From Octopus bimaculoides (taxonomy: Eukaryota): a stretch of DNA of 64,000 nucleotides. Shown here piece by piece: positions 11,871-25,900 of this stretch (position 1 is its first letter; the number at the start of each line of letters is the position of its first letter). The position numbers were made by a program, and so were the translations under genes. The DNA lies in assembly GCF_001194135.2 (NCBI RefSeq), contig NC_068983.1, positions 61,369,566 through 61,433,565 on the forward strand. Reading direction: 5' to 3'. The notes below the pieces were generated by a model, which worked only from the letters and a program-made list of their open reading frames with translations, searched no databases and was not told the DNA's origin.

Positions 11871-14800
11871 CTCTACGGATCAAATATACAACAGTAGATC
11901 CACATTAACAATACTAATTACCAAATGCAACAGTCCTAGATTATCAAGCACTCTAAGTTAGAAATATGAATATTCTAAAATATACTAAGAACTAATTCAA
12001 CAGCAATTTTTAAAGACAACTAGCAAAATGGTATGGTTTGAATTATTTCTAAATATATAAAAAAACATTGAAATTTTACAAATTTAATGTTAATGATTAC
12101 GATAACTGAAACAATAGAGTAATAGCAATAGAAGCAATCAAATAGTATATAACCTGTGGTTTACTCCATGTGTGGCATTTGGTGTGCTTGGTGACAGGCA
12201 AATATTATCCAGATTTTCTATCCTCTGGAATTTCTTTCTTTCAATTTCCCAACAAGCATTCACCTGCTGAAGTTCAAACTGAACATTAACAGCATCAACC
12301 CCACCAATCTGAGTGCTTAGCGAGGTCCTTGAATCATTTCTTATTTCTCAGACAATAGCCAAAGTCACAACTTCCTCTGGACAAATGTTTTTACATATTT
12401 AATACATTTGTACCATGAATAATACTCATTTCTTAAAAGGATTTTGATAAATCATAAGAAAACAAGTAACTGATTTTATACATTCCAGCTCTGTAGAAAA
12501 TCGAATCATCATTAGTTTAATACTTGTTTTACCATATTATCATAGGTGAGATTAATCTGCAAAACAGCATCAAGATTAATTGCTTTTAATGTCATCTGGA
12601 GTGAATTGACATAATTTAGCTGCGAGCCTTCTTTGTTGTAACTTAGATTGACTAACTTCTCTCTGTCCATAACCTAGCATACACTCATTTAAAATGTTAT
12701 GCAATAAACTATCAAACAAAAAAAAAAATCATTAATGCATCAACCAATATTAAATTTTATGACTAATAACTAACTTAGAGTGTGTTGAGCCATTTTTTAG
12801 CTGAATAAATACAAGTTAAGCTGTCTGTACATGCAATAGCTATCGGCTCAAATGCATTATGTCCTGCATTAGCCTTGTTACAATAACCACTGACAAGTAT
12901 TACTTTGCAATTTTTCCCCTAATGCATCTTTTTTCCTTAGAAGGATTGAATAATTATAGTGTTCTAGTTTCCACATCACTTGATGATAGGATGATTGAAC
13001 AAAATTATAGCAGACTCAGATAATATAACTTTAAAGTTCAGGTTTAGAAGTGGTGTGAGTAGATAACAGGATCTCTGTTTGATATCTGTGAAAATCATGG
13101 GTTAGTAAGTGGTGGAAAAATTTACTTTAAGAAATAATTTCTATGGAAAAATTGACAAAAATTAAAGTCATGTAATTATTTGGGTAGTTTTTGGAAACTA
13201 TTCTGAGAAGACATTTTACTCAAACATACCAATTATTTTTACAATTTTGAGTAATATTACATTCAACAATTTTAAAATTATCACAAGATAAGATTTAACT
13301 AACTTTGCCAATCTAACTGCTGGCTAGTTAATTCCTCAATCTAATGAGGGTATATTTGGTGATAAGTGATTAAATGCTGAGCCACAAATATGCAGATTAC
13401 AAGTTTATAGGTTCCAGATTTATCATAGAAAAAATATTTTGCCTTTAGATTATATCATTTACTCCAGATACTAAAAAGTGATTTTTGATACAACTTCAGG
13501 TTATGAACAAACAAAAGACACAAACAGAAGTATTCAAACTAGTTCACAAGAATGATAAGATCTAGGAGGATGAAAAATTAATACAAAAAAATAACACAGG
13601 AATTTGAAACCTAAAAGAAATATTGTTTTAAGATGATGTCTGGAAAATGTATTAAGTATAGGAACATGTGTATATCAGTCAGTAGGAAGGAATGAAGTTG
13701 ATACAATGCTATTGAGAAAAAACAGCCAAAAGATACAGATGATTTGACAGCTAAAACAGATAGTTAAAAAAATTTGACTAGTCAAATGTACAAATATACC
13801 ACTGCATACAGACATTTTCATTAAGACAGGAAAAATATAATGTGTTGAATGAGGTGCAAGCATCAATGTCAGAATTAAAGCTATGCTTAAATTAGTGCAA
13901 TTATAACTGAGCACAGAGGTTAGTGGGGTTTAATTAAACAAGAGGAGACTTGAAAAAGGTTGAATGTATGAGCTGAAAAATCAGCCAGTTATTAGATCTT
14001 TTATGACCATTTGTCCAGAATTAGCAAGAATATTTCTGCAACGACAAACAGTATGTCATTGGTTAAATGCATGTGAGAACTAAAGGAGAGAGACTAATGA
14101 ACAAGTTCATTATTGTTTTAATGACATAAAATTGTTAAAGGAAACTGCTGTAGAGTAAATATGAATACAATTAACAGTAAGTAATTTCAGGGATTTCATT
14201 AAAACAACAATTTTGATAAGAAAGAGATTTATAAAGCTCAGTGTAGATACTCTAATTTTCATAACTTTTAAATTTATCTTATCAAAATAAATAGAGCACT
14301 AATGTGACTGTTGCTATGCAGAAACATCAAAAAATTATTCACAAAAGCAAGATACTAAAGTACCAGTCTACACTGTGGAAGTGTGCCAAACCAAGTTAAC
14401 AATAAATTTAAGCCCAACATCCTTAAGGACAAAGTTTCGAGAATGTTCTGCTAAGAATAGTAAAAACATTTCCTCCTGATTTAAAAAAAGTTAAGTCATT
14501 CCTACAATGATGAATATCTTTATAAAAACAGAGACTTACTTAACAATCTAAATCAGAAACTTATTTAACAATCTAAACCCACAAAGAGTCATAATTCCAA
14601 TCATATTACAAATTATTTCATTTGCAGATTAGTATATTAGACACCAATAAATAAGTTGATAAAATATACTTTATAAAAGAACACAACAAAAAGGAATCCA
14701 GTCATTGACAATTACATAAAACTATGCAAAACCTTAAAAACATTCAAGAGAAGAGTTTCATAGTCTCTGAATAGTACTATAAAATTTGCACAAACAGCAA

Positions 14801-16698
14801 TAAGAAGCTTCATCGTAATGCTTGTTTTACTTCAGCATGTCAATAATAAATTGTTGCATCTTAGACACAATAGCTTGAATATGTAAGCTTAGCCACCTGA
14901 CTTTTCTGCTAATCATGTATTGAGGTACATGATTTATTTTACTTTACCAAACAGTTACAATTTAGAATTTTCTCCTAAAAGCATTATTAAGAAGTTAAAA
15001 CTTATAAATTCTCTGGATTTTTTTCAGCAAATAATATTTTTGTCTTTCCTAACAGTAGCATATAAATTATAAATATAGAATATTTAAATTTAAAATTTTC
15101 TTAAGAAAGTTATTGAATGTTTTCCTATCTTATTTAATTTGATTTCTAAAAAAAAAAAAAAAAAAGCAAATTTTAAATATCATTGAAGTCTCAATAACTA
15201 TAAAGAAAAAAATCGTTTAAAATATAGTCAAATTTAACATTCATTAAGAGATAATATTGAAGATTGATTTTCAATAAAAATGAATACGTGGAAATGAGAG
15301 CTGGTGAGATAACAAATAATAAGAACAATAAAAGAAAATAAGAAAGAAATGAAACATCACTATCTACCTTATGTATAATATTACTACTATTTAAATGTTA
15401 ATATTTCACAGTTGTTTTAATGCAAACTTTCATCAGGTCATCTGTTTCAAGGAATCTTTTCAAATAGGAACTTCCAGTTCCACTATGTGTAACAGATACA
15501 CCCACCTTTACTTCTTCATAAAAGCCAAATGGTAAAAAAAAATTGGCTTCTATAAAGATATACTTATCAAGTTGAAAATATTATGCCAATGGCTAAACTT
15601 TTTCAACTTATAAATGCTTTGAGAGTGAAGGTATTCCACAGCTATATTAAACATTTGTTGCCAGTGATTTTAAAATGTATATATTAATACTTGTTTATGA
15701 TTGAATTTAGAAAGATATTCAGAACAATAATGTGTGAATTTTGCATTATTTTTAAACATAACAAGTATTAATTAAATAAAAGATACCTTTTTCACAAAGA
15801 AAGAATCCATTTAAATTTACTTAATGATTTTTCATAATAATATAGGTAAAGAGTTCCAGAAATATTAATGTACAGCTTCCCTAATTAGCAAATTCTATTA
15901 AATTAAAATGGTTATTTCATATTTAAGTGGAAGATTTTATTTTTTGTTAAATTTTGCTAAGAAATTTTTTAATAATTTTACAGTGCTATATCTAAGCTTT
16001 TCCTCCAAACTCTTTAAAGTAACTGCATTAAATAATTAAAACATTTTCTCTCTAACAATTAAAGCAAAGCTTCAAACACTACAAACATTATACTTATAAA
16101 ATATTTTTGATTTCTGTTCTTAATTTATAAAATAAATGTATTAATCAAAACATCCTATTTTCGTAGCTTTAAAATCATGTAATGAGGAAAGGATTTTGAT
16201 TCATATTATCTGATTAATGCCATTAGTAAAAATATCATAGTTTAAAGAAATTAGATAAGAACAAAATTCTTTAAACTGATGATTCACAACTAAAATGGTG
16301 AACTTAAAGATAATTATGTTATGAAATTCACAAGTTTAATAGTTTATATATATAGCATAAAATTTTCATTTAGTCTAAAGCAGAATAAATTTTAAATACT
16401 ACACAATGAAGAAAGGTTATCTTCAATTAAAGTACCTTTTCTCATATTATATTAAGTTTGCATCATAAATTCAATTTAACAAATGAATAATGTCATGCAA
16501 ATACATTCATCAATACTCCTAATATATCAAAACAATATTAACATTTTAAATCAATAATCTATTCACTAAAATAATTTACTTATATGATGAAGAGCTTTGC
16601 TTTAGTATCTATGTATAAGTGACCTTCAGGCATAATTTAGTGCTTAAAAGCTGCCTACAAGCATTCTAGAGCAAGTAAAACAGTAGCATGCCGCATAC

Positions 16699-16807
16699 CA
16701 AGGGCAGCCACCATGTGCTCCTCATGCAAGCTTCTGGCCTCAGGATTTTTGGGTGAGTCCTCACCTTTCGATGAAAGGCTTTCTCTGCTTCCATAGGGGG
16801 ATGAAAT
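16699..16807 (-). CDS. MADD: MADD exon, 109 nt, phase 0->1 (internal alternative donor at 16765)
   Basis: ttgcag|ATT TCA...CTT G|gtatgc; [36 protein letters not shown](G), cf. human TRSLKEENFIASI. Confidence 0.85.
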
Positions 16808-19800
16808 CTGCAAGGTAAAACAAAAAAATATATTATTGGAAAGTTAATATAGACCAATATTAGTTTATAATAAGAAAACTTCTTATTAAAAATGCTGTAG
16901 CACTAAAGACAGTAAGATATGAAATAAGAAAGAATTAGCTCCTATTTCTTATAGATGAAACAAGAACATAGAGGCGTGTTCATCTAGAGACCGTCATTGT
17001 CTTAGATACATGTTAACTTGTAAATAACAAAAATTAAAAAAATTAATGAGTAAATTCAGTAGTGCATGTTTTTAATGAATAACTAATATGACTTGCACAA
17101 AATGCAAAAGTGTCTGTTGCAACACATAATTTCAGATCAAGTTGATATATCAGAGAGAAAGCTAATAAAAAAATTTTTTAATCAAAAAGTCCAAAATATA
17201 GAATGAAAGTTTTTAAAGGAAATCATTTTCCTAAAATTCTAGGAGAAATGAAAATTATTAATAATTGTGTGAAGAGTAAAAAATAAAAATAATGTGGAAA
17301 AAGAGTAGACAATATTTAGGTAGATATAAGTCAAGCAAGTTTATATGTGCAATAAGTAGCCATTAAAAATGAGATGTATTCTTGAAAAGCATATATATAT
17401 TAATATGAAATTGTTCTTATTGAGCAGCTTTGGTCAGCTGTGCTAATACAGACCCATATTATATGAAGAAATGCTTGAAAACAGATCATACAACCAACTT
17501 TGATATGTTAAACTACTTCAGTATGACCTGAAGTAGTAAGCAGCTCAATGTTTGGGATGCAGTATGACAGAGTATGTTGTATTACTTTTAAGATCCAGAA
17601 ATAATTATTGTGCTAAATAACAATCACCATGAGCTAATGGCAGAAGGTATCTGTCATAAAGGTATGAAAAACAATGCTTGTGAAGATATAGTTATATGAG
17701 ACAATCCTCAAAGTTCAAGATTCAGCCACATAACTGGCTGCTGTTAAAATATTCATATATGATATGTAAAATGTTTTTTTAAATTGAGAAATGAAATGTA
17801 TATACTTATAAAAACGAAATATAACATTTTAGCAGAATATAACTTACCTCAGGTGTGACACTAGCTTCACTTTTATTGCTGTTATTGCCAACTTCTTTCA
17901 ACCAATAATGTGTGTGTAATATTTCGAGCACCATAAATGCACTAGCCATACCACCAAGTCCATAGTTTGTATATGTATATTCTAAACCATGGACCATAGC
18001 TCTCAATACAGTCAACATGCCTTTAAATACTTGACGATTTACACACTAAAAGAAATAAAACATATGTTTATGGAGATGAAAAGTGAATAATACAGTTGTA
18101 TACACATTTAGGTGGTACATACATAAAAATCTTTGGAGAAAATTGCATTACTTTTAAAATGATACTATGTTTAGTGTTATTTTTAAGAAGGTAATTCACT
18201 AAAAGGTACAATAAATTGACTGCAACTTTCTCCAACCTCATTGTGTCATAAACTGCACACAGAAGAGAATAGATGTCATTTGGAGGGCCACTTCTATGGG
18301 CTCTCTTTAATGTCAATAGCAAATATCAAGAAATTCTTAATCTTGTAACCCAATGCTTGCAGACTGCTCCACTGACTACATCTCAAACTGAGGTGTTATC
18401 CTACACAAGGAAAAGTGTCTTATTGTCAATCTGGAAACCTTCACTCCACTAGAAACCCAAATACCTTCAAATTTCTAAGATTCTACTCCTTTTGCATATT
18501 CATCACATGTTAATCAGATATTTGGAAGTAAAACCTAGAATCAAGAAGCCTTAAAGTAAACCTAGCAAAGATGAAATTTTGTTAGTAGGAAAGAAGGTAG
18601 GACTCTACAGAGCCATTTGGAGAGTTACCATGCTTGGTATGTTGAATAAAATAGGTAGGCTCTCTGTATTGTGCCAATACAAACTGTGTGCACAAGAGAT
18701 GCAGTAGCACCACAGGCAGGCTGACAATGAGGAAAGATCTTTATACATAGCAGGTGCACAAGAGTAGTTAGTAGTCACAGCATTAGTAAAATAAATTCTT
18801 TCATATGCTTAGCAGGCTCTCTAAAATATAGTTAATAGCTTCTGTCATTTAGGTGATCTATGTTCTGAAAGCATAATGTAGTGATGATGATGAAATACAC
18901 ATAGTATAATAACAGCAATACAATTTTGTAAAAATTACATACTTGCTGCAAAATGTAAAAAAAAAAAAGGCAGGAAACTTACAACATCTTCAATATGCTG
19001 GGAGTCATCAGTTAGTTTTTTATCTAGGTTCTTGTTTAGCCGGCTAACAACAAAATTACGATAATTTTCATCTTCCATTAATTTCTTGAGGCGATTGATT
19101 TTCAACCAACTTACACCATGTCCTTCCACAACAGAACTTATAATTTCTTTCAAGAAAGATTGGTTTTCACTAGATTCAAAATAAAAAAGAAAATAGTTAA
19201 TACACTTAAATTAAAAAAAAAAAATCAATACAGATTCATTAATTTTATAAAATATGTAACCTAAGGAATTTAAAAAAATTTATATTTTCATTATTTTCAC
19301 TGCATTCATTTCTTTTTGAAGGTTCCTCACCAAAATTGAAAATTAAAAGTAATTCCTGAAATATCAACAATAATCTTTGTAATCCCATTTGTGCCTTTAA
19401 AACTAGCTTGAAGTGGCTTTGATGGTTGTAAATGTTTTTACCATTTTGGGTAGATTATCTCAAGACAACATTACACAGTATTCTTGTTTTTTTTCTACCT
19501 TTTTTATTATACAGACCATCTATATTTACAACAAACATCCATAAAGAAAGTAGTAATTCTATATCTGATTACCTGGCAAATAATATACAGAAAGAATATT
19601 ATACCTATAGCCCACAATAAGTATAATACTAATTTTATATATAACCAAACGAGTGATAAGTGCTGATATTCTGTCAATAGTTCAGAACAGCTAGAAGAGA
19701 CTTAAAGAATAATTCCATACAAAGATGTGAAGTGAGCATATATGGGCAAATATCTGTTTCATATAATATTGAGAAAGCTGGTTTTGAAAAGAATTGATTG

Positions 19801-22800
19801 CTCAGCAAAAGAGATATGACTGCATCATGTTCAATGGTTTAAAACAATTTCTGTGAACTGATGCTAGGGGATTGACAAAGGTAAGAGTTGGAAAATTGTA
19901 TAGTATAATAATTTAAGTCTGATTTAAAAGATGATAGAATTGTACCAACCTATTAGAATTAGGCCGGGATTCAGTAGATTGTTGCCTTGTGATCTCACGT
20001 GGTCGTTGGCTTGTAGCTTGTTTTACTAATCCAGATTTCTCAACTCGTGCTCTTCGGTTACCTATAAAATCAATAAAAGAGAACTACATTTTAAAATATT
20101 TTCCAAAACAGCAATCTTAAATTTTAGGTCAATTAAATGATACATACTGTTTTAGCATAATATACATGGTAGCAATGACACCTTCCTGTTCCGCTATTCA
20201 TACTTTAACCTCTTATTACTTGGCACAAAGCTACCACCCTCAATACTTCTCATTGTTGAGGAGTCTTGACTTGCAATTTGCTTGGTGACCTTATTGCTAC
20301 TGGGGTTATGTAAAAAGCACCAACTACACTCAAGTATTTGGTATTAGGAAGGATATCTAGCCATACAAATCATGCCAAAGTAGATAGTCTTTTGACTTGC
20401 CATCTCTTATCAAACTATCCAACCCATGCCAGCACAGAAGGAGGATGTAAATTGATAATGATGACAAAAAACAGAGAATGATCTTAAAGAAAGTGAAATA
20501 ACTAAAATGACTAAGAGATAGAAACTGAGTGTGAGGGGTGCATAGTAGGCTGCAGTTTAAAGGTGTATGAAGTAACTTACCTAAAGGTGCAAATGGTTTA
20601 TTTTGCGGTTTACTGTGGAAGTTTGGCATAACAGATCGATTATTCCCTGACAAAGGAACAAAAAAATAATATCAATATAAGTACTTAAACAATACTTTAG
20701 ACATATTTCAAACATTAGTTCCAATATTTTTGTCTTAAAAACATCTTGCATATATTAAATACAAACCACCAAAAGCATGTTGTGCTGTACTGTGCTTAAA
20801 ATTCAGATATAAACATACAATGTCCAGTAACAATTTCTTTCTCATTATTCAGCCATAGTTATTATTTCATTAATTTAGATAGCTTATGCAGCTCTAATAT
20901 CTCTTCTCATGATCAATGACAATTTAAAGTGTAGATGAACTAATTTGATCTCTACATTTCATCAATAAAATCTAAAACCTGCAGGATAGCAATTTCTCCT
21001 ATGAAGGAAAAATAAAACAGTTTACTTCAATGAATACATATATGATATAAATTAGAGTAATTAGGGGACCTCATTGTGTGATAGGATATACGGGCTTTAA
21101 TTAACAAGTCAAAGTGAAGTGAGGCATAACAAAATTTTTCATAAAAATAAAAATGTGATGAAACAAAATGATTGTCATAAAGAAAAAGTCTAAGTTTACA
21201 TATTTAATGTCCCATTAAATGCATTGTTTCTTCCTTGCCAGATGCTCTCCCAAACTGCCAGACATGAAGCTGTTGAGTTTGCGCATTTAGCTGCATAACT
21301 GCTCTGCACCTGCCTGTCTGCCAACTCCTTTCTGCTCCACACTCATCCACCAGCTAAGTATATGCTTTCAGTCATACTCAACCTGAAACCTACACATATT
21401 CTAACACCTGATGCAACACTTGTCCCTTCACCTCCAACATCATCTAAAAACTCAATGCAAGTTGAATTTACAACCACATCGATTGCACTACTGCTAATCT
21501 GATTGAGTGTTTACGTATTGTTACTGCAACATCTTGTATATTATAGAGATTAATCACTGTTTAGGTGAGTGCTTTGTGAGAATCTACTGAATACATACTG
21601 CATCTCTTCAATTCCATTATTAGCTACTCTAACTTCTCTGGTCACTCCACTTTGTTACCATTCTGTTTTTGTTTGCTGATGCTATGATCCAAAGGCAACC
21701 TCTCAAATCAGTAAACAATGGTTCATTTTTCAACTCAGGACTTTAATCCTTAGAGGTATGAATACCTATTTCCAATTTTACAACTAGCTCTACTATCAAC
21801 TATCTGAGGTTATCTTTGATTCAATACCTTACTCCTTTATTTCTTTGTAACTGTGTATCTGGGTGCCCATTTCTGCTGAATCAACATAACTCTGCCAACC
21901 CTTTCTTTCAATATATGTCTCCCTCACTAACCTCTTGTCACACAAATTATGTCTCAATCAGATATCCATGGTTACACCTCACTCCATATATCATTCACTG
22001 CAATTATGCCATTATCCACTGCTTTCTTGTGATACTTTTAGCCTATTCATTTTTTTCACTTCTGCCAGTCATTGTCTGACCATGTCGATGCAGAATTTGT
22101 GCCTGAAAATTCAGTTTTTCATGCCACATAGTAACTATACTTACTGAAATTACAAACTCATATGGATTCTGTAACAGTATAATGTGAATAGGTTAAGAAA
22201 AGCATTTAGAAGTACTAAGGGAAACTGTTTAGTTTAATTAAGGAATATAAAGTAAACCAAAATGCTCAGGGAAGAAAAAAAGAAATAGAAGCTACAAGCT
22301 TTCTACAATAAAGAAAACAGTTTACTTATTGAAACAGAAAAACTTAAAAGAAGAGGATAAAACTGAAATGGAACCTCAAAAACTACAAAAAAAAAAAAGT
22401 GGCAAGAAAACTTTTCTAAGTCAATATGTTGTCAATATTTTACAGAAAGAAAATTAGTATGAAATCCAACAGTAGCTTAGAAGCTCCAAACTAAAAGTAG
22501 AAATACAAGGTCTGATTTTGGTGGCTCAGGGTCAACAACTAAGCACAAAAAACTACCAAAATGTAATAATAAAAGTGGAGAACACCAACTGCAGACCAAT
22601 CAATCAGTTACAAAAAAACAAACTGATCACATCATTTCTGGATGCCATCTTTACAAAGGACATGACTTAGGGACATGACTGAGTAAGGAGGCAGTTGTGC
22701 TCACGGGGTAGTATATACCAAAGCTAACAAATTTTGATACACTGAGATATCTTGACAATCAAGGAGATCAATGCAATCTCCGTCTAATAAAGTAACGCAA

Positions 22801-22944
22801 TATATACTCTTACATAACTGATACATGGTACTATGACACATCGCATATGGGTCTCCTAAGGCAGACTTTGAGCCAGACATCGGTAAGCTTTTTTTGAAAA
22901 ATGATCCACATAAACCATGACTTACCATCAGGTGGATTGCACTA

Positions 22945-22981
<37 letters not shown>

Positions 22982-25900
22982 AGGCAATTTTTTTATTATT
23001 AGTGTGCCATTCATAAAGTTCTGATGGTTGCAGCTTGCCTATGACTGCTCTAAATGATTACTCAACTTCTTAAGAATAGAACCTGCTGCAGGTGGTGCAG
23101 CAGAACCTCACATGTAACTGTTGAAAACATGATAATAATAATGGTAATAGTAGTAGTAGTAGTAAAGGCTTTTGAAGAAAAAATATATTTAACTATAAAC
23201 ATAAAATTTGGTGTTGAATTATAAAATGAATAAATAAAAAAGTTACCAGCCAGTTCTCCCAGAAATCCCGATAAGGTGCTACTAGTGCTCTGAGCTAAGC
23301 CACTCAATTCACTACTGATAGTGGACATTATAGATGATGCAGTAGGAGATTTGTCTGAAGATTCAGACAGTTGCTGAAATGTAATAAATAAAATGAGAAT
23401 TGGTAAAATGCAGCAAGTGTAAAATAGTCAAAAATAATATTCAAAGAAGCTAAAGATAATTGGTGATATTTAGCACTAGTCTAAAAGAACTGCAATAAAT
23501 TGAATATTCATGCATATATGAAGGGTTCTCTATTAGATTTGTGGTATTCACTTACACAATTAATTTATATATTCATATAAAATGTACAGTACCAGTAATT
23601 ACATTTATTGAATGAAAAAGAAGTGATATTAAATGTTAAGCCCTCAAAAATTAATCATAAGTGAGATCTGTCACAGTCAAATACAGAATATTGATAGGTA
23701 AAGAAGAATAATATATTACAGATCAGTATGGAAAAATGTATATAAATGCCTAAATTTTGCCCACCATAATTATCTAATTACTAATAATCTAAGAAAGAAA
23801 GAAAAAAAATGATATGCTACACTCCATGAATGCTGTAAACAACTAACCAGAAAGAATCAATACCTATTGTTTCTTTCCATAATCCAAACCAACTAATTAT
23901 TTAAAAAGTAAATTTCAGACATCAGTTACTTTCTTCTGGAAAAATAAATGTCAATTGTAAGCCCTGTAATGTCTTCTATGTCTAGTCATGTATTATTCTC
24001 GTGTCATATAATTTCTGCAAAATCTGACAACACATGAGATAGCATCTACAAATATTCACATTATGAAAACTAACATTAATGATCAACTAGGAGCAACTAT
24101 ATTATAGATCTCTATTTTTGGTATAAAAATTCAAGTGATAAAATTGAAAAAAACTTTTGTCAACAAAAAATGGCAACTATAGATGATCTATATTAATGAG
24201 AAAACAAATTTTCTGTAATTATGAGAATGTATCAGTATATATACACAAGTTTCCAGTATCTAGAAATTTTACAAAAAGAGTTAAAATATAATCAAAAATT
24301 AGATATGGTTTAACGTTTACCTTTAATTTTAGAGGACGTTTTCCTGATGTGTGAGCAGTAGAGATGGCACCAAAAGCAGGTTTCTGACTTGAATAACTAG
24401 GAGTACCACTAGTGCGACTAGGGCCAACAGGAGACTCCAAAGACTGTGTTCTCTCAGAGAGGGGTAGTGAATAGGGTGCATTTCTTTTCTCATTGGCATT
24501 TGACTTCAGTGATGGAACGACAGGAGCTTGTGAACTTGCACTTGAGGACAATGGTTGTACATAACCTGGCTTACCTCCACCAGTTACAGATCTTGAAGAA
24601 CTAAAATATATTATATAATAAAAAAAATTCAAATTAAGATACAAAGATAGTTAATCAATTTAACAATAAACACAGACTATATTTGAGATACATGATTGGT
24701 CAAAAGAGGAAATTTTCATAGACTTTAAAACCTACAAGATCCTGACATCACCTCAAACTTCCACAGACACAGTGATATTGACAAGTTCTAAATTAGGAGA
24801 AAAGTGGGAGGGAGAGGCACAAGATTAGAACAAATAACCTTTGAATGTCCTATCACTTAGCTTCTGCAAAATGACAGCAAAAATAAATGCATCAACTAAA
24901 TGCTCATCAGTAGCTCCTCATGAAATACTTCTCATTGACTTCCTATTTGAACACAGAATTGTAGAACTAGCATACACCAACAAAGATCTAAAAGAGACAT
25001 ACTGCATATTGCAAAGCATCATGCATGGGCATGTCTTCTGTAAGCTTGAAGATGATGATCATATTAACATGAAGTGTAGTGTCTTTTGGAATTGAGGCCA
25101 TGACATCATGTCACATCCTGATTTTGTGATCCAAGAGCAGGAGATAACTAAGAAATATCTAATAAATGAAAGAAACAGTGTAGCTCATATACATCCAAGA
25201 TGCAACTGAAAATGTCAATTATGCCAAATTTCTGTGAACATTATACTTGTGAACAACTATTGCCTAAAAATATTACCAAAATACTCCCTCCCAGTTCAAC
25301 ATGATGTTAAAGCAATTTAGAATGCCATCCACAATTTCATATATATATATATCAACATAAAGAAGGATTCCAATAAAAACTTCTGAGAAGTGCAAAGCAT
25401 AAAAGGCCTGTAATAGTTGTTTGGAACAGAAAAAAGAAATCATGTACAGACAAATGTTTGCTAACAATCAAGTGCATCAATAATTAATGCGTAAATTTAC
25501 ATATATACATAGAGTTGTACAATATCTACTCTTATGCAGCTCATGCTACTGTCTTTATCACTTTTTAACTCTCTCTCACTAACCTCTGTCACTACACTCT
25601 TTCTTTCTTAATATTCCTTTCTCTAACACTATTGCTATTTGTCCCCTCTATCACCCTCTCACAACAATAAGTTGAAATATGATTCCTCCAAATCATATTC
25701 CAACTTCAAGACTTCATCTCAGGTTACCACCCTCTCTCCTATTTTTCTTTCAGCTATGGCACTTTTTTAGGCTTTAGTTCTGTAAGTTACAAGGTAACAT
25801 TAAAAGTGCTGCTGCATGTAAAATGCACCCAGTTCACTGTAAAGCAATTGGCACATCAAGTGAAGTCAATGCAGGGTTGTGAGAATTGTTTAGCGTTGTT

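Noticed and set aside
13575-13625. Acceptor-like ttttag followed by VSNS, recalling human VSNSSGETLG
   Set aside because: Frame closes within a few codons and there is no donor.
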